Shown: piece after piece, positions 62,761 through 64,000 of the stretch
Position numbering within the stretch: the stretch's first letter is position 1
How the letters are laid out: each line of letters starts with the position of its first letter
Assembly: GCA_036229005.1 (NCBI GenBank)
Contig: JAZAMN010000014.1
Span: 1-64,000, forward strand
Length of the DNA stretch: 64,000 nucleotides
Source: Myxococcota bacterium
GTDB taxonomy: Bacteria > Myxococcota_A > UBA796 > CAJQPC01
Reading direction: 5' to 3'
Translations under genes and position numbers: made by a program
Notes under the pieces: generated by a model
Databases searched by the model: none
Told to the model about the DNA's origin: nothing
Seen by the model: the letters and a program-made list of their open reading frames with translations, nothing else

Positions 62761-62866
62761 TTGGGAGAGCCCTCTTGGGTGTGTGCAAAGTATATACAAT
62801 CTATCTCCATGGGTTGCACCCCGCCGCACCCGTGCTCCCCCGGGGTACCCTGGGAGTGGAGATTCC

Positions 62867-63376
62867 ATGCCCACTCTGCTGCTGCTGACCTTGGCCTGCG
62901 CCAAAGACGACCCCACCGACACCGCGCTGGACACCCAGGACCCTGGATCCGCCGTGGTGCTGCACATCAACGAGCTGATGGCCTCCAACAGCAGCGGCGT
63001 CCAGGACGAAGGCGGGGCCTACCCCGACTGGATCGAGCTCTACAACCCGGGCGACCAGGACATCGACCTGACCGGCTACCGCATCACCGACGATCTGGAC
63101 GAGCCCGACAAGTACATCCTGGCCGGCGTCACGGTCCCTGCAGGCGGCTATCTGCTGCTCTACGCGGACGGCGACACCGACGAGGGCCTGCAGCACCTGG
63201 GCTTCAAGCTGTCCAAGGACGGGGAGTCCGTGGGGCTCTACACCGTCGCCGACGAGCTGGTGGACTCGGTCCGCTTCGAGGCCCAGGAGACCGACATCTC
63301 CTACGCCCGGGTCAGCGACGGGGCCGCCGAGTGGGTCACCGACGACACCCCCACGCCGGGCGCCGCCAACGAGTAG
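62867..63376 (+). CDS. Lamin-tail-domain (LTD) lipoprotein
   Basis: Lipobox TLAC; INELMASN, DWIELYN, FKLSKDGE, PTPGAAN. Confidence 0.9.
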   Translation: MPTLLLLTLACAKDDPTDTALDTQDPGSAVVLHINELMASNSSGVQDEGGAYPDWIELYNPGDQDIDLTGYRITDDLDEPDKYILAGVTVPAGGYLLLYADGDTDEGLQHLGFKLSKDGESVGLYTVADELVDSVRFEAQETDISYARVSDGAAEWVTDDTPTPGAANE

Positions 63377-63399
63377 CGGTCACCCCAGCGGAGAGGGGC

Positions 63400-64000
63400 C
63401 TACTTGGCGGCCAGCTCTTCGGGGCTCAGGGCGCGCACCCGCACCGCGCACACCTTGTACTCGGCGGTCTGGGTGACGGGATCGCCCGCGTCGTTGGTGA
63501 GCCGGTTGGTGTTGGACTCGGCAAAGTGCAGGGGCATCCAGACGCACCCGCGCTTCATGCGGGGGCTGATGTTGACCGCCGCGGTGACCTCGCCGCGCCG
63601 AGAGCTGACCCGCACGAGCTGACCATCCTCCAGGCCCAGGCGGTGGGCGTCCCGCTTGTGCATCTCCACAAAGTTCTGTGGCTGCTTTGCGTGGGCACCC
63701 GAGGCCCGCCGCGTCTGGGTCGCGCTGTTGTAGTGGTACAGCGTCCGGCCTGTCGACAGCAGCAGGGGGTAGTCCCGATCGGGGAGCTCTTCGCTGGGGC
63801 GGTAGAAGATGGGCTGGAGGGGCCCGCGCCCGATGATGGGGCCGTCGCTGTGCAGGGTGGGGGTCCCGGGATGCAGCGGATCGGGGCACGGCCACTGCAG
63901 GCCCTCCACCGTCTGCTCCAGGCGCTCGTACGAGATGCCTGAGAACTTGGGCGCCAGCGAGGCCATCTCGGCGTAGATTTCGCCAGGGCCCGCGTAGTCG
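63400..64000 (-). CDS. Formate dehydrogenase alpha subunit (FdhF-like molybdopterin oxidoreductase), 3' part only
   Basis: GISYERL, GLQWPCP, LSTGRTLYHY, NRLTNDAGDP, EYKVCAV; runs off the right edge. Confidence 0.9.
   Translation of the reverse strand, partial: DYAGPGEIYAEMASLAPKFSGISYERLEQTVEGLQWPCPDPLHPGTPTLHSDGPIIGRGPLQPIFYRPSEELPDRDYPLLLSTGRTLYHYNSATQTRRASGAHAKQPQNFVEMHKRDAHRLGLEDGQLVRVSSRRGEVTAAVNISPRMKRGCVWMPLHFAESNTNRLTNDAGDPVTQTAEYKVCAVRVRALSPEELAAK

Noticed and set aside
62783..62819. Regulator operator in the AT-rich divergent spacer (GTGCAA...TTGCAC, GTATATAC)
   Set aside because: Explained adequately by a -10 element (TATACT, minus strand); the arms are short and no cognate regulator is nearby.

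Overview
GC-rich, gene-dense bacterial DNA. A Myxococcota/deltaproteobacterial origin is inferred from the FHA/kinase-FGE genes, AgmX/PglI-like TonB protein, sigma54 regulator and NikR box type. From left to right: (1) a Wadjet anti-plasmid operon (jetABCD) of distinct composition, with a frameshift in jetA; (2) a Zn alcohol dehydrogenase, a CAP lipoprotein and a membrane protein; (3) a sensor kinase and sigma54 activator pair, divergent from an RND efflux operon with a consensus -24/-12 promoter and tandem palindromic sites; (4) the main find, a tightly coupled 12-gene minus-strand operon (19947-32402) encoding a MotA/MotB stator, one protein that looks like a FliF-ring-domain/TM/FliG(M+C) fusion, several outer-membrane barrel and lipoprotein components and a TonB-like protein, with no flagellar export, rod, hook or filament genes in the window, making it a candidate non-flagellar trans-envelope rotary motor; (5) 5-FTHF cyclo-ligase, an alkaline phosphatase-MBL fusion, an atypical metacaspase, kinase-FGE and FHA genes, and pirin; (6) a nikR-TonB-dependent receptor-lipoprotein operon with a perfect NikR-type operator; (7) a methyltransferase, three hybrid histidine kinases (two tandem paralogs), two metallophosphoesterases, beta-carbonic anhydrase and the 3' end of a formate dehydrogenase alpha subunit. 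All family calls come from recognising motifs by eye; no searches were run.
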